Shown here: positions 10,554 to 20,607 of the stretch, piece after piece
Layout: every line of letters starts with the position of its first letter
Numbering within the stretch: the stretch's first letter is position 1
Assembly (NCBI GenBank): GCA_963668355.1
Contig: OY764265.1
Location: 1,216,001 to 1,280,000 of the forward strand
From: Bdellovibrionota bacterium
GTDB lineage: Bacteria > Bdellovibrionota_G > JALEGL01 > DATDPG01
DNA: 64,000 bases
Reading direction: 5' to 3'
Notes under the pieces: model-generated
Seen by the model: only the letters and a program-made list of their open reading frames with translations
Database searches by the model: none
Told to the model about the DNA's origin: nothing
Made by a program: the position numbers and the translations under genes

Positions 10554-12260
10554 TTAGATTTCAAAATCCAGTCCAGAGGGTTTTAAAATTCTCAAAAACC
10601 CCGCCAGCGTTGCTTTGATGTCTGAAATGGTTTCAGGATTTTTTGGGCGATACGTGACCTTAGAAATATCACCGGTTTTATCGTAGGAAACATCAATGGA
10701 TCCAATGAATTTCTTTTTCAGATGTTTTTCGATTTTTCGTGGCTTTCCAAAACGACTATACGAAAACGTAATTTTTTCACCCTTCTGATTGGTCATGGTT
10801 TCCACTTTTCCATGAGACTCATAAATGAGTTTGATGAATTCCTTGTTTGAAGTTCGGGCGAACGTCAAGTTTCCATATTGATCATAAATGAAGCGCATTT
10901 CAGTGCCATCTGGACCTTTAATTTTAGACACGTGATTGTGCTTGGGTTCGTAGGTGAACTTTGTGATCCCGCCAGAAGCATCCTTTTTCGAAATGAGTTT
11001 TCCTTCTTTGTCGTAGGAAAACTCTTCGCCAACGCCCTTTCCATCCTTAATCGAAAGAGGCTTCGAACAACACTCCGATACAATGGTGATGGTCTTTTTG
11101 CCATCTTTATCAATGAAGACGATTTTGTTTTCGGAATCGGTGTACTCGAACCGGCTTTTTCCGTCTGAATTGTCGGTTACTTCGGCCCATCGGGTTTTCC
11201 CATTCTTCCCGTATTTATATTTTGTAATCTTTTTCCCAGGGCCTTTTTGCTGCGTGACAAATCCACTCTTCTTGTCATATGTAATTTCCGTTTCGACGCC
11301 ATCGCTAAAAACCAGCTTCTGCATTCGTCCCCGTTTGTCGTATGAAAAACGCGTTTGTTCTCCTTCCAAGGAGACAGAAGACACCAAGTTGTCATTTTTG
11401 TCATATTGATAGGAGAGACGCCGAGAAAGAGAATCTGTGATGGTGGTGATTTTTCCGGAGGGGCTATAGGAAATTCGAAAGAATTGACCACAGCTGTCAG
11501 AAACCCGTGACAGGCGGCTCTGTGCATTATGTTCAAACTTCAAAAAGTTTTCATTCCGATCTGAAATTCGAACCAATTGACCGAGCTTGTTGTATTCTTC
11601 GGTTCGACCTGTTTCCGCGGTACGAATGTATCCGGATTTGCTTACGGTGATGAAGGTTCTGCCACGTTTTTCAGATACATATTTCCCTTCTAAAGGAAGG
11701 TTGGTTTCTTTAGGCAGATACCGTTTTTTTTGTTTTTCGAAAAAATCGTCTTCGTTTTTCAGGCGTTTTGCATATTTTTTGTAGAACGCTCGCCCTTTTC
11801 CATCCGGCTTTTTGTAGTATTTAATGTCCTGTTTGCGGCGGGTTTGAAGAATCTTTTTGATGACCTCGACTCTATTTTCGGTCGTTTCATTTACAGGAAC
11901 GTATTCATTTAAAAACCCATCGGCCTCCATCACTTTCAGGGTTTTGCCTTGTCCCACGATGATTTGAATGTCGTAGTTGAACGTCCATCCCTTTCCAAAG
12001 GGACCGTTCCGCGTGGAAATACTGTTATAGGATCGATAAACCTCTAGGGGAAAACCAAAACAAGCCAAATAGTAGTCCTGAACGGGCAAATAAAAATTCC
12101 CATTTCGAACATTTACGGGATCTGGGGCGTGATGGACGTAGAGATAGTCTCCGGGGCGACCTTGCCCCAAGTTTGGAGATGCCGAGAGATGGGTGGAAAA
12201 ACATGCAAGGACAATGAGAAATATATTCAGAAAACGCACACTACGATTATTGTGTGCCAC
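10554..12260 (-). CDS. Exported YD/RHS-repeat protein with DUF6531-like N-terminus
   Basis: DPVNVRNGNF..RSYNS..GPFGKGW, multiple YD-type repeats, signal peptide. Confidence 0.85.
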   Translation of the reverse strand: MAHNNRSVRFLNIFLIVLACFSTHLSASPNLGQGRPGDYLYVHHAPDPVNVRNGNFYLPVQDYYLACFGFPLEVYRSYNSISTRNGPFGKGWTFNYDIQIIVGQGKTLKVMEADGFLNEYVPVNETTENRVEVIKKILQTRRKQDIKYYKKPDGKGRAFYKKYAKRLKNEDDFFEKQKKRYLPKETNLPLEGKYVSEKRGRTFITVSKSGYIRTAETGRTEEYNKLGQLVRISDRNENFLKFEHNAQSRLSRVSDSCGQFFRISYSPSGKITTITDSLSRRLSYQYDKNDNLVSSVSLEGEQTRFSYDKRGRMQKLVFSDGVETEITYDKKSGFVTQQKGPGKKITKYKYGKNGKTRWAEVTDNSDGKSRFEYTDSENKIVFIDKDGKKTITIVSECCSKPLSIKDGKGVGEEFSYDKEGKLISKKDASGGITKFTYEPKHNHVSKIKGPDGTEMRFIYDQYGNLTFARTSNKEFIKLIYESHGKVETMTNQKGEKITFSYSRFGKPRKIEKHLKKKFIGSIDVSYDKTGDISKVTYRPKNPETISDIKATLAGFLRILKPSGLDFEI

Positions 12261-12377
12261 GCAGAAAAGTCAATGGATTCACTCAGATGAGAGCGCATTA
12301 CGCGTGTCCGTGTTTGGCCTGCGTTCTGGGACATTTCTCACTGACCAAGGGCGCTAATTTATGTTACAGGTCATAAT

Positions 12378-13520
12378 GTGAAGAAAATCAGTCGGTTCGA
12401 GATCAAAGAAACCGTGGGGGCAGGTGCAATGTCCACCGTTCATCGAGCCATTGATTCCGCCAGCGGCGAGATCGTCGCGATCAAACTTCTTCATCCCCAC
12501 CATATCTCCAGCGACCTGGAAAAAAGGTTTAAACGCGAAGCCAAGGCGCTTTTGGCCCTGAAACACCCAAATATCATTCAGATTCGCGAATTCGGCATGA
12601 GTGAAGAGGGCCAGCATTTTTCGGTGTGGGACTTTGAAGACGGGCAGACGCTCTCTTCTTTTATTGAAAGGGAACGTAGGATTCAACCTGACTTAGCGGC
12701 CATGATGATTTTAGAGCTGGGAAGGGGGGTCAACGCGGCGCATGAGCTGGGGATCATTCATCGCGATTTGAAGCCAGCCAACATCTTGGTGAATAAACAA
12801 GGTCAACTCAAGATATCGGATTTTGGTTTGATGCATTTCAAAGATAACGCGGAGTTTACGAAACCCGGAACCCGCGTTGGATCTCCGGCGTTCATGTCAC
12901 CGGAGCAAATTCGAGGCGTACGTCCCACTTCTGCCATGGATGTTTTCAGCTTGGGAGTGATTTTTTATTTATTGCTCACAGGAGAGCTTCCTTTCAAAGG
13001 AAAAACGCGCAAAGAAACCTTTGAACTCATTCGGAATGGGTTGCCCCAGACGCCATCCAGCTTGGTTCCACATGTCCCTGAAACGCTTTCCGAACTTTGT
13101 TTGGCCATGTTGGGAAAAGGTTCTGAGAAGAGGATTACCCACGCATCCGATTTGGTTAACCGTTTGGAAAAGCATTTGGATCGGGTGGGTTTGGAGCCAC
13201 ACGCTTCGCTTCTGGAGGAATATTTGCTTCACCCGAGAGACAAGTGGGAGGACATTCGGCGTGAACTTTTAAATACATATCTTCGGATTGGAAAGACATC
13301 GATCCAAACGAATCAAAGCGAAATGTCTTTGGACATTTTAAGGATGATTCTTTTTCTTACCGGAGTGGCCGATCAGCCCAGTCAGTTTCCCGATGATTTG
13401 CTGCCTACGAAGAAAGTGACCGTTTCACCTCCAAAAAAGAAGAGCCTTCTTTTTTGGGTTCTTTGGGTTTTGGGTTTGGTGTTTGGCTTTGCTCTCTTGG
13501 GATGGCTAGGGCTAGCTTGA
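12378..13520 (+). CDS. Hanks-type Ser/Thr protein kinase with C-terminal TM anchor
   Basis: GAGAMSTV, VAIK, HRDLKPAN, DFG, SPE, DVFSLG; hydrophobic C-terminus. Confidence 0.92.
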   Translation: MKKISRFEIKETVGAGAMSTVHRAIDSASGEIVAIKLLHPHHISSDLEKRFKREAKALLALKHPNIIQIREFGMSEEGQHFSVWDFEDGQTLSSFIERERRIQPDLAAMMILELGRGVNAAHELGIIHRDLKPANILVNKQGQLKISDFGLMHFKDNAEFTKPGTRVGSPAFMSPEQIRGVRPTSAMDVFSLGVIFYLLLTGELPFKGKTRKETFELIRNGLPQTPSSLVPHVPETLSELCLAMLGKGSEKRITHASDLVNRLEKHLDRVGLEPHASLLEEYLLHPRDKWEDIRRELLNTYLRIGKTSIQTNQSEMSLDILRMILFLTGVADQPSQFPDDLLPTKKVTVSPPKKKSLLFWVLWVLGLVFGFALLGWLGLA

Positions 13521-15413
13521 CCATTCATTTAGAAATCTTGAAAAAGCGGTGCACGTAGGTTCGATTTGCATCCCCAATTTGAGATTCATCTTAGCCGTAT
13601 CCAACTTACCCTCTTTTTGAGCCATCAAAGCCAGTTGCAAATATTTTTTTGCTTGAAGCGTTTGAGGTTCGTCGGAGGTTGTTTCCTTGGCCTGTGGAGA
13701 GGCGGGTGAAGACATTTTCAACAGACTCTGGTCGTAGCTTTGACGCTTCGATGGATTTTTGAGCGTCATATACGCTTCGACCATTCGTTTGTAGATGTCT
13801 TTAGCTTGGGTTTTGAGCTCTTCGTTCGTCGTCTGGAAAAAACGATCAGGGTGGAAGTATTTCGTGCATTGACGGTAGGCGGCTTGAATATCTTTAGGGG
13901 AAGCTTTTTGGGAAACACCAAGCATTTCGTAGAAATTCTTTTTGGGCTGAAGTCGAAGAATTCTGGGTATTGCAATCGGGCCCGCTACATGGGGGGCAAT
14001 GTCACGAAGTCTTTGGTGAGATTGAAAAGACCAGGGATTGAGCTGAAGGGCTCTAGAAAACGCCTCAGTAGCTTTTTCCGGTCGGTTCAATAACAGCATC
14101 CAATTTCCCAGGGATTCAAAAATCTCGAAATGGGTAGACTTTCTTTTCAGCGCTTCCTGAATCCATTTCAACGCTTTGTCTCTTGCCAGTGTGTCTTTTC
14201 CGTTGCTTGTTTTTAGTAGCAATCGTGTGAACGCAGCGATGATCGAATCAGAGTTGGGAAGACTCTTTAACCCGCGCTCATAGATGGATAAGGCCACTTG
14301 AAAATTATTCTCGTCCTCTTTTTGCTTTCCCGAAATCAAAATGTCCCGCTCTTGAACTTCTGCGCTCTCGATGTGCACGCTGCCGGTTTTTCCTTTGGCG
14401 ACCAAAAAGTCATACTCTTTGCGTTTAAGGGGGTCGCACAGGACTTGCAAAGCTTCCACGATACTTTTGAGAAGCTCTTCAAGAATAGATTTTTCGTGGG
14501 TTTGAAAAAGTTGTTCGTGAGAAGGGTTGGCCAAAAACTCCAGTCGAGCGTTTCCTTTCTCTTGGATCGCGGAGGGCGTGTCGTTATTCGAAACTTCCAG
14601 CCATTCATAGTACGTGGTGGAGGCCATGTTTTTGTGCAACGCCAAAAGCTCTTGGCGGATTCTCAAGGCATCCGGAGAGAGAGAGGCTTCAAAGTTTCGT
14701 TGCTCTACTTCAGAGGCATCCTCGAGGGAAATGAGATGAGCCAACGAAAAGGCATGCAAAAGACGTCGAATTTTTTCCTCTCCGATGAAGCTGGACTCAA
14801 AAACCTCGCGCACGTCGTCATTGTCTCGAACGACCGTTAACAAGCCCCGTTCCTCTGCATCCAAAGGCAGGGGGGAAAGCTTCTTCTCGATTTTTTCGTC
14901 CACAAAAATTTTATTTTCGGGAGTGAGCCTGGGGTTTAAAGCGCTGAGTTGTTCCGGCGTTAAGGCCTGACACCCTTCGATGAGAAATCGAATACCCTCC
15001 AGAAGAAAGGTCGCATTGGGTTTAGGCTCTTGTTCTTGAAACAGGCATTTACTCAGAGACATCCGTCCCAATTGGCCGGCCAGCATGGAAACCCATTTGG
15101 ATCGGTATTCGCCCAAGGGACCCGCTTCGAGATTCGCCAATTGTGTCACGATTCCCCAAAGATTGGCCTTTGGGACAGCCATTTGAGAAAAGAAAACTTG
15201 GGTTTGTTCGCTGGAAAGAACGCCCAATTTTTCCAAAAATGGGCCCGGGAGTTCACTTTTCGCATTGGTCGATGCGGCTACACAATGGCCTTCCTGAAAT
15301 TGGAATTGTCGGATGATCCGCTCGTGTTGAATTCGAATCAATCCCGTTTTCTGGAATGCAATGACCTCTCCAACGAAAACGAGGGGTTTTTGTTGTGTTT
15401 CGGTGGGTGTCAT
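13512..15413 (-). CDS. Multidomain J-domain protein (degenerate J, TPRs, canonical J)
   Basis: NFYEMLGV...HPDRF...AYMTL..P.KRQSYD; earlier J-like segment TYYEWLEV...LCDPLKRKEYD lacks HPD; TPR-like helices. Confidence 0.8.
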   Translation of the reverse strand: MTPTETQQKPLVFVGEVIAFQKTGLIRIQHERIIRQFQFQEGHCVAASTNAKSELPGPFLEKLGVLSSEQTQVFFSQMAVPKANLWGIVTQLANLEAGPLGEYRSKWVSMLAGQLGRMSLSKCLFQEQEPKPNATFLLEGIRFLIEGCQALTPEQLSALNPRLTPENKIFVDEKIEKKLSPLPLDAEERGLLTVVRDNDDVREVFESSFIGEEKIRRLLHAFSLAHLISLEDASEVEQRNFEASLSPDALRIRQELLALHKNMASTTYYEWLEVSNNDTPSAIQEKGNARLEFLANPSHEQLFQTHEKSILEELLKSIVEALQVLCDPLKRKEYDFLVAKGKTGSVHIESAEVQERDILISGKQKEDENNFQVALSIYERGLKSLPNSDSIIAAFTRLLLKTSNGKDTLARDKALKWIQEALKRKSTHFEIFESLGNWMLLLNRPEKATEAFSRALQLNPWSFQSHQRLRDIAPHVAGPIAIPRILRLQPKKNFYEMLGVSQKASPKDIQAAYRQCTKYFHPDRFFQTTNEELKTQAKDIYKRMVEAYMTLKNPSKRQSYDQSLLKMSSPASPQAKETTSDEPQTLQAKKYLQLALMAQKEGKLDTAKMNLKLGMQIEPTCTAFSRFLNEWSS

Positions 15414-15429
15414 GTCATGCGAAGTCTAT

Positions 15430-17031
15430 TCAGGAAGTCGCGTCGGCTGGTGCTATCCCCGTAGAAGTTTCTGCCGTAACCACGGCATCGGTCACCCCAG
15501 ACATCTCTCCCAGTTTTTCTTCGGAAAGTCGGCCGGAAGCCTGAAGTTGAACAGATTGAGCTTTTCCCGTTTCAACATCTTTTGCAGTCACGTTTAAGAT
15601 TCCGTTGGTGTCGACTTCAAACTGGACTGCTACGGACACGACGCCCGCGGGTGCGCGTCGCAAACCCGAAAGCGTGAATTGTCCGAGCAATTCGTTTTCT
15701 TCAGACTTTCTGGATTCCCCTTGGAATACACGAATATCTACAGAGGTCTGATGATCTTTGGTCGTGGTGAAGATCTTTGTGTGATCTGCGGGCACAGGCG
15801 TATTGATGTCAATGATGCGTTCGGTGAGACCTCCCCGAATTTCAATGCCCAAAGACAAAGGTGTGAGATCAATCAGAACGACATCTTTGGAAGTTCCGGC
15901 CAAGGCTGCCGCCTGAATCGCAGCTCCGGTTGCGACCACCTCGTCTGGGTTGATTCCGGCTTGTGCCTCGGATTGGAAGTAATGTTTGACGGCCTGAGCA
16001 ACGGCTGGAATTCGAGTGGGGCCCCCCACCAAAATGACACCTTCGATGTCGGACGTGGTCAAACGAGCCATTTGCATGGCTTCGTCACAGACCTTAAATG
16101 TTCTTTGAATCAAATCTTGGACGAGCTGATCAAATTGTGTTCGCGTAATTTCGATGTTCAAGTCGATAAAACCGCTGGAGTCAGCCGTAATGGCGGGAAT
16201 AAAGATTTGAGTACTTTCATTTTCGGTAAGATCCATCTTCGCTTTTTCGGCTGCCTCTTTAAGTTGTTGAAGCGCCTGACGGTCCTTTCTCAAATCAAAG
16301 TCATGGGTCGCAGCGAATTGTTCGGCGGCCCAATCCATGATTCGATCATCAAAATCATCACCCCCCAAATAAGTATCTCCCGAAGTGGAGACGACTTCGA
16401 AGACGTCATCACCTAGATCAAGCACCGAAACATCGAAGGTTCCTCCACCCAAATCATAGACGGCCACGCGTTGGCGAAGATCTTTTCCATATCCATAGGC
16501 CAGGGCGGCGGCGGTGGGTTCGTTGACAATTCGGAGAACTTCTAAGCCGGCAATTTTCCCAGCATCTTTCGTTGCGGCCCGCTGGTTGTCGTTAAAATAG
16601 GCGGGAACCGTGATGACGGCTTTGCGAAAGGTTTCACCGAAATACTCTTCCGCAATGGATTTCATTTTCTTCAGAATCATGGCGGAGATTTCTTGAAGGG
16701 AAAAGGATCGGTCTTGAATTTCGATGTTGACCGACTGATTCTCGCCTTCCGTAATTTCATACGGGCAAACTGCGCGAGCTTTTTTCACTTCGGCTGAAAA
16801 AAACTTTCGACCAATGAGTCGTTTGGCGGAACTGACAGTGTTTTCCGCGTCTTTGATGAGATAGGGCTTGGCTTCTTTTCCGACGAGAATTTTTCCATCG
16901 GGTCGAAAGTTTACGATGGACGGTTGGATGGTGACACCATCTTTGTCCGGAATGACCATGGGTTGGCCATCTACGGTTAATGCCACACAAGAAGTTGATG
17001 TTCCTAAATCTATGCCGAGTACTTTTTCCAC
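15430..17031 (-). CDS. Hsp70/DnaK-family chaperone paralog (533 aa, short C-terminus)
   Basis: [31 protein letters not shown]; ends shortly after the substrate-binding beta domain. Confidence 0.93.
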   Translation of the reverse strand: MEKVLGIDLGTSTSCVALTVDGQPMVIPDKDGVTIQPSIVNFRPDGKILVGKEAKPYLIKDAENTVSSAKRLIGRKFFSAEVKKARAVCPYEITEGENQSVNIEIQDRSFSLQEISAMILKKMKSIAEEYFGETFRKAVITVPAYFNDNQRAATKDAGKIAGLEVLRIVNEPTAAALAYGYGKDLRQRVAVYDLGGGTFDVSVLDLGDDVFEVVSTSGDTYLGGDDFDDRIMDWAAEQFAATHDFDLRKDRQALQQLKEAAEKAKMDLTENESTQIFIPAITADSSGFIDLNIEITRTQFDQLVQDLIQRTFKVCDEAMQMARLTTSDIEGVILVGGPTRIPAVAQAVKHYFQSEAQAGINPDEVVATGAAIQAAALAGTSKDVVLIDLTPLSLGIEIRGGLTERIIDINTPVPADHTKIFTTTKDHQTSVDIRVFQGESRKSEENELLGQFTLSGLRRAPAGVVSVAVQFEVDTNGILNVTAKDVETGKAQSVQLQASGRLSEEKLGEMSGVTDAVVTAETSTGIAPADATS

Positions 17032-17095
17032 AAGCGGCCCTCCAATTTCATGATGTTAGGGACTCGACCCGATTGAGACAAGAGATTCCTTTGAG

Positions 17096-17941
17096 CTATT
17101 CAAATGGAGGGAGAAGAGGTTTGTGTATGGCTTGGATATCGTGGAGCATTTCCTTATGCACAGATGGATTGGCTGCCAGGACTTCTCCGCACCACAGGTC
17201 GTCCAGCGGTTTTCCCTGAAACTCCGATACTTTTCCTCCGGCTTCTTCCACCAGCAAGGCTCCTGCGCACACATCCCAAGGAGAAAGCTTTAGTTCCCAA
17301 AAACCATCGAAACGTCCACAGGCTGTGTAAGCTAGATCGACCGCAGCCGCTCCCGCTCGACGCACACACATGGCGGCCATTTCAAAATGACAGAAGTAGT
17401 TCAGATTGTTCACGGGAGAATTTCGACGATCATAGGGAAACCCCGTGGCCAAGAGAGATTGATCCACAGAAGGAACCGAAGAGACAGAAATGGAACGGCC
17501 ATTTAGTCTCGCACCTTGTCCCTTATGGGCGACGAACCACTCATTGAGGAGTGGAACGTGAATCAAGCCGAACTTGGTGACCCCTTGGTCTCGAAATCCA
17601 ATGGAAACGGCAAAGAGAGGAAATCCGTGGGCGAAATTTGTCGTTCCATCCAGGGGGTCCACGACCCAAATGGGACCCTCCAGAGATTCTCCATGTCCCA
17701 AGGCCCCCTCTTCAGCCAAAATGTGATGATCGGGGAAATGGGTTTGCAAAATTTCGACGATGGCCTTTTGAGATTCTTCATCCGCTTTGGTGACTAAATC
17801 AATGGCGCCTTTGTGGCGAGCCACCAATCCGGACTCGTAGTAATTTTTAATGATCGCGGAAGCTTTTTCGGCTGCCTGGCGGGCCACCGATTCCAATTCG
17901 GAGGAGGAATATTGCGCGCTGTGTTGTTTTGTTAGGGTCAT
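17096..17941 (-). CDS. suhB: Inositol monophosphatase family protein
   Basis: DLVT.AD, EE, WVVDPLDGTTNFAHG, PWDVCAG; likely start ATG 17941. Confidence 0.88.
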   Translation of the reverse strand: MTLTKQHSAQYSSSELESVARQAAEKASAIIKNYYESGLVARHKGAIDLVTKADEESQKAIVEILQTHFPDHHILAEEGALGHGESLEGPIWVVDPLDGTTNFAHGFPLFAVSIGFRDQGVTKFGLIHVPLLNEWFVAHKGQGARLNGRSISVSSVPSVDQSLLATGFPYDRRNSPVNNLNYFCHFEMAAMCVRRAGAAAVDLAYTACGRFDGFWELKLSPWDVCAGALLVEEAGGKVSEFQGKPLDDLWCGEVLAANPSVHKEMLHDIQAIHKPLLPPFE

Positions 17942-18062
17942 GCTTCGCCGAAAAGTATCACAACTGTGTTCGAAGTCGAATGAACATGGCGAAGATTCGC
18001 CAAGCGCGGTATAATATTTTTGGGTATCCGCTCCCACAAAATCAAAGACTAGAGGAATAGAT

Positions 18063-19898
18063 ATGGAACAAGAGCGCACACTTCCGAAATTTGAACTGGA
18101 TTCTTCGGATGATTCGATTTCTACAGAGGAAAAAGCCTATTTATTGGCGATTTCAGGACCCCATGCCGGGAATGTATTCGCCGTAGAGGAAGGGACCATG
18201 GTCGCGGGTCGCCACCCCAGTGCCGAAATATCTCTCAATGACAGTCAAGTTTCTCGAAAGCATGCCGAGTTTTCAAATCGTGGGGGGGCCATTCGGTTGA
18301 AAGATTTGGACAGCACCAACGGCACGTTCCTCAATGGAGACAAATTGGCCGATGACCATGAATTGGTGGATGGAGATGAAATCCAAATTGGCGCGACGTG
18401 TTTTCGTTTTTCAACACAGAACCCCATCGATGGTCACCGCTTGGGAATTCGAACCCATAGCTATTTTGAAGCTCGTGTGGCGGAGGAATTGGATCGAGCC
18501 GCGAGGTACAAAAGACCTCTTTCTTTATTGATGGTGTCGATCGATGCGCAGGGAGAGGCTTCAGGAGTGGAAGACGAGCACCTTAAGCGCGTGTATCCAA
18601 AGGCCGTCGAGTACATCAAGAAAATGATTCGGACCATGGATCTTCTGGCGCATTACGGAAAATTTCAGTTGGAGCTTCTTTTGCCTGAAACATCCAAAAA
18701 AGAAGCCCATCGCTTGGCGCAAAGAATCACTACGGATCGAATTTTGGATCGGCACATGCAATTTTCCGTGGGAATGGCCACGTTTCCGGAAGATGGGCGA
18801 AGCGGAGAAATTCTTTTGGAGCGTTCCCGGCAGGCGTTGAAGCTGGCCCGGCAAGATCCAAATGATCGCGTGGTTCACATGAAGGATGAAGTTCGCCGCA
18901 TCACCGTTTCCAATAAAGAAGTCATCATTAAGAGTGAGAAGATGGCGGAAATTTTTGAGTTGGCCGAGCGAATTGCCAAATCGACGATTTCGGTTCTCAT
19001 CCAAGGGGAAACGGGTGTGGGAAAAGAGGTGGTTGCGGAAGCCATTCATGCCAACAGTGAACGGGCCAAAAAACCATTGGTGTGCATCAACTGCGCGGCG
19101 TTGACGGAAACCCTCCTCGAAAGCGAACTATTCGGACATGAAAAAGGTTCGTTCACCGGAGCCGATCAATTGAAAGTTGGCTTATTTGAGTCAGCTTCTG
19201 GAGGAACCATTTTCTTGGATGAAATTGGTGAAATGCCCCAAAAAACGCAGGCGAAACTGCTTCGCGTTTTGCAATCCAAGCGCATCATGCGTGTGGGATC
19301 CAATCGAGAAATCGATACGGACGTTCGGGTCGTGGCCGCAACCAATCGAAAGTTGGAAGAGTTGGTGGCCAAAAACATTTTCCGAGAAGATCTTTATTAT
19401 CGTTTAAATGCGGCGACCATCACGGTTCCCCCCTTGCGGGAGCGAAAGGATGAAATTCCTTATTTGGTGGAATCGTTCATCGAAGAAATTTGCACCGAGA
19501 ATCGGTTTCCAAAAAAACAGATTTCCCCGGATGCCATGGACTCCTTGGTTCGCTACCAGTGGCCCGGAAACATTCGGGAGTTGAAAAACACCATCGAACG
19601 GGCCGTGGTGATTTCGGAAGGAGATACCATCTACCAGGACGCCCTCACGAGCAAATTGACGACAGACCTGGACTATTCAGAGCCCGTTTCTTCCAGATCC
19701 TCCGAAGGTGGAACGGCCAGGGTGGCAGCCACCGCCGTTGGAGACATCAAGGAAGTGGTGGCCGCTTACGAGCGCGACATCATCATCAATGCGCTCAAGC
19801 GAACGGAATGGAACCAAACCAAAGCGGCCGATTTGCTCAAAATCCCGCGAAGGACGCTCGTGTCAAAAATAAAAAAGTATGGAATTAAGAGGACTTAG
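18063..19898 (+). CDS. Sigma54 enhancer-binding protein: FHA, degenerate GGDEF, AAA+, Fis HTH
   Basis: FHA (GR..SRKH..STNGT), GGDEF fold with HYGKFQL, GETGVGKE, ESELFGHEKGSFTGA, HTH. Confidence 0.9.
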   Translation: MEQERTLPKFELDSSDDSISTEEKAYLLAISGPHAGNVFAVEEGTMVAGRHPSAEISLNDSQVSRKHAEFSNRGGAIRLKDLDSTNGTFLNGDKLADDHELVDGDEIQIGATCFRFSTQNPIDGHRLGIRTHSYFEARVAEELDRAARYKRPLSLLMVSIDAQGEASGVEDEHLKRVYPKAVEYIKKMIRTMDLLAHYGKFQLELLLPETSKKEAHRLAQRITTDRILDRHMQFSVGMATFPEDGRSGEILLERSRQALKLARQDPNDRVVHMKDEVRRITVSNKEVIIKSEKMAEIFELAERIAKSTISVLIQGETGVGKEVVAEAIHANSERAKKPLVCINCAALTETLLESELFGHEKGSFTGADQLKVGLFESASGGTIFLDEIGEMPQKTQAKLLRVLQSKRIMRVGSNREIDTDVRVVAATNRKLEELVAKNIFREDLYYRLNAATITVPPLRERKDEIPYLVESFIEEICTENRFPKKQISPDAMDSLVRYQWPGNIRELKNTIERAVVISEGDTIYQDALTSKLTTDLDYSEPVSSRSSEGGTARVAATAVGDIKEVVAAYERDIIINALKRTEWNQTKAADLLKIPRRTLVSKIKKYGIKRT

Positions 19899-19909
19899 AC
19901 CACCTCTTG

Positions 19910-19939
19910 TTGACGGCACAAACACAAATAAAATAAAAT
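19910..19939 (+). promoter_or_regulatory. Candidate sigma70 promoter TTGACG-N18-TAAAAT
   Basis: Motif in the AT-rich intergenic region upstream of the 20002 gene. Confidence 0.4.
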
Positions 19940-20001
19940 ATAAGTGTAAGTATCTTTTTTCATTGAGGGTTTGTGTGTAACCAAACGCTCAAGGAGGTGC
20001 C

Positions 20002-20607
20002 TTGTCTTTAGATAAAGGGTCTTTGCCAGAATTCTTTCGGGAGCGAATCCAAGATTTACTGGCTCGGCGGAACGTCGATCTTTCCGATTTGACGGAAGTC
20101 TATCTCGTCAACTTGTTGGTGGGGTTTTTGTATGCCAACAAACTGCACCAGACCAAGGAAGGGGAAGACCTGGATGAACCGTTGGCTCTGATTTATGCCC
20201 GAGCTTTAACGGCCGAATCGATCACCGAACAAATTTCGTTGCTTCGCCACATTGGAGATCGCTCACTCTATGTCTCGGGATTTTTTGCCGACAGCTTCAA
20301 TCGAAAAATCATTGATGTGGACTATTATATTTCCATTGGAACCCTGGCGTACAATGAAGCATCGAGCGTTTCACCCCATGGACAGGGGAATAAGGCGTTG
20401 CCTGCGGTGTTCAATGAGTTGGCTGAAAAATTTTCTCACCTGGTTGATTTATTGGCGGAAATTTCAGAAACCAGTGGCATTCACTCCAATTCAGATTTAC
20501 TGCGTTTGTATGAGCGCTGGTTGAAAACCAAAAGTCAGCGACTTTCGGAAATGCTACAGGAAGAAGGGATTCTTCCTATCGATGATTCTTCGGAGTGGAT
20601 TCATTGA
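20002..20607 (+). CDS. Conserved-type hypothetical protein
   Basis: TTG start after AAGGAGG; YLVNLL...GDRSLYVSGFF...YYI..G..AY...LLRLYERW pattern. Confidence 0.75.
   Translation: MSLDKGSLPEFFRERIQDLLARRNVDLSDLTEVYLVNLLVGFLYANKLHQTKEGEDLDEPLALIYARALTAESITEQISLLRHIGDRSLYVSGFFADSFNRKIIDVDYYISIGTLAYNEASSVSPHGQGNKALPAVFNELAEKFSHLVDLLAEISETSGIHSNSDLLRLYERWLKTKSQRLSEMLQEEGILPIDDSSEWIH

Noticed and set aside
10032..12260. Rhs toxin-immunity pair
   Set aside because: No Rhs core cleavage motif or toxin tip; the downstream gene is an NYN nuclease coupled to ggt
15679..16416. 245-aa + strand ORF
   Set aside because: Antisense shadow of the Hsp70 gene; long antisense frames are common opposite dnaK
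18480..18860. Active diguanylate cyclase domain
   Set aside because: The GG(D/E)EF motif is replaced by GKFQL
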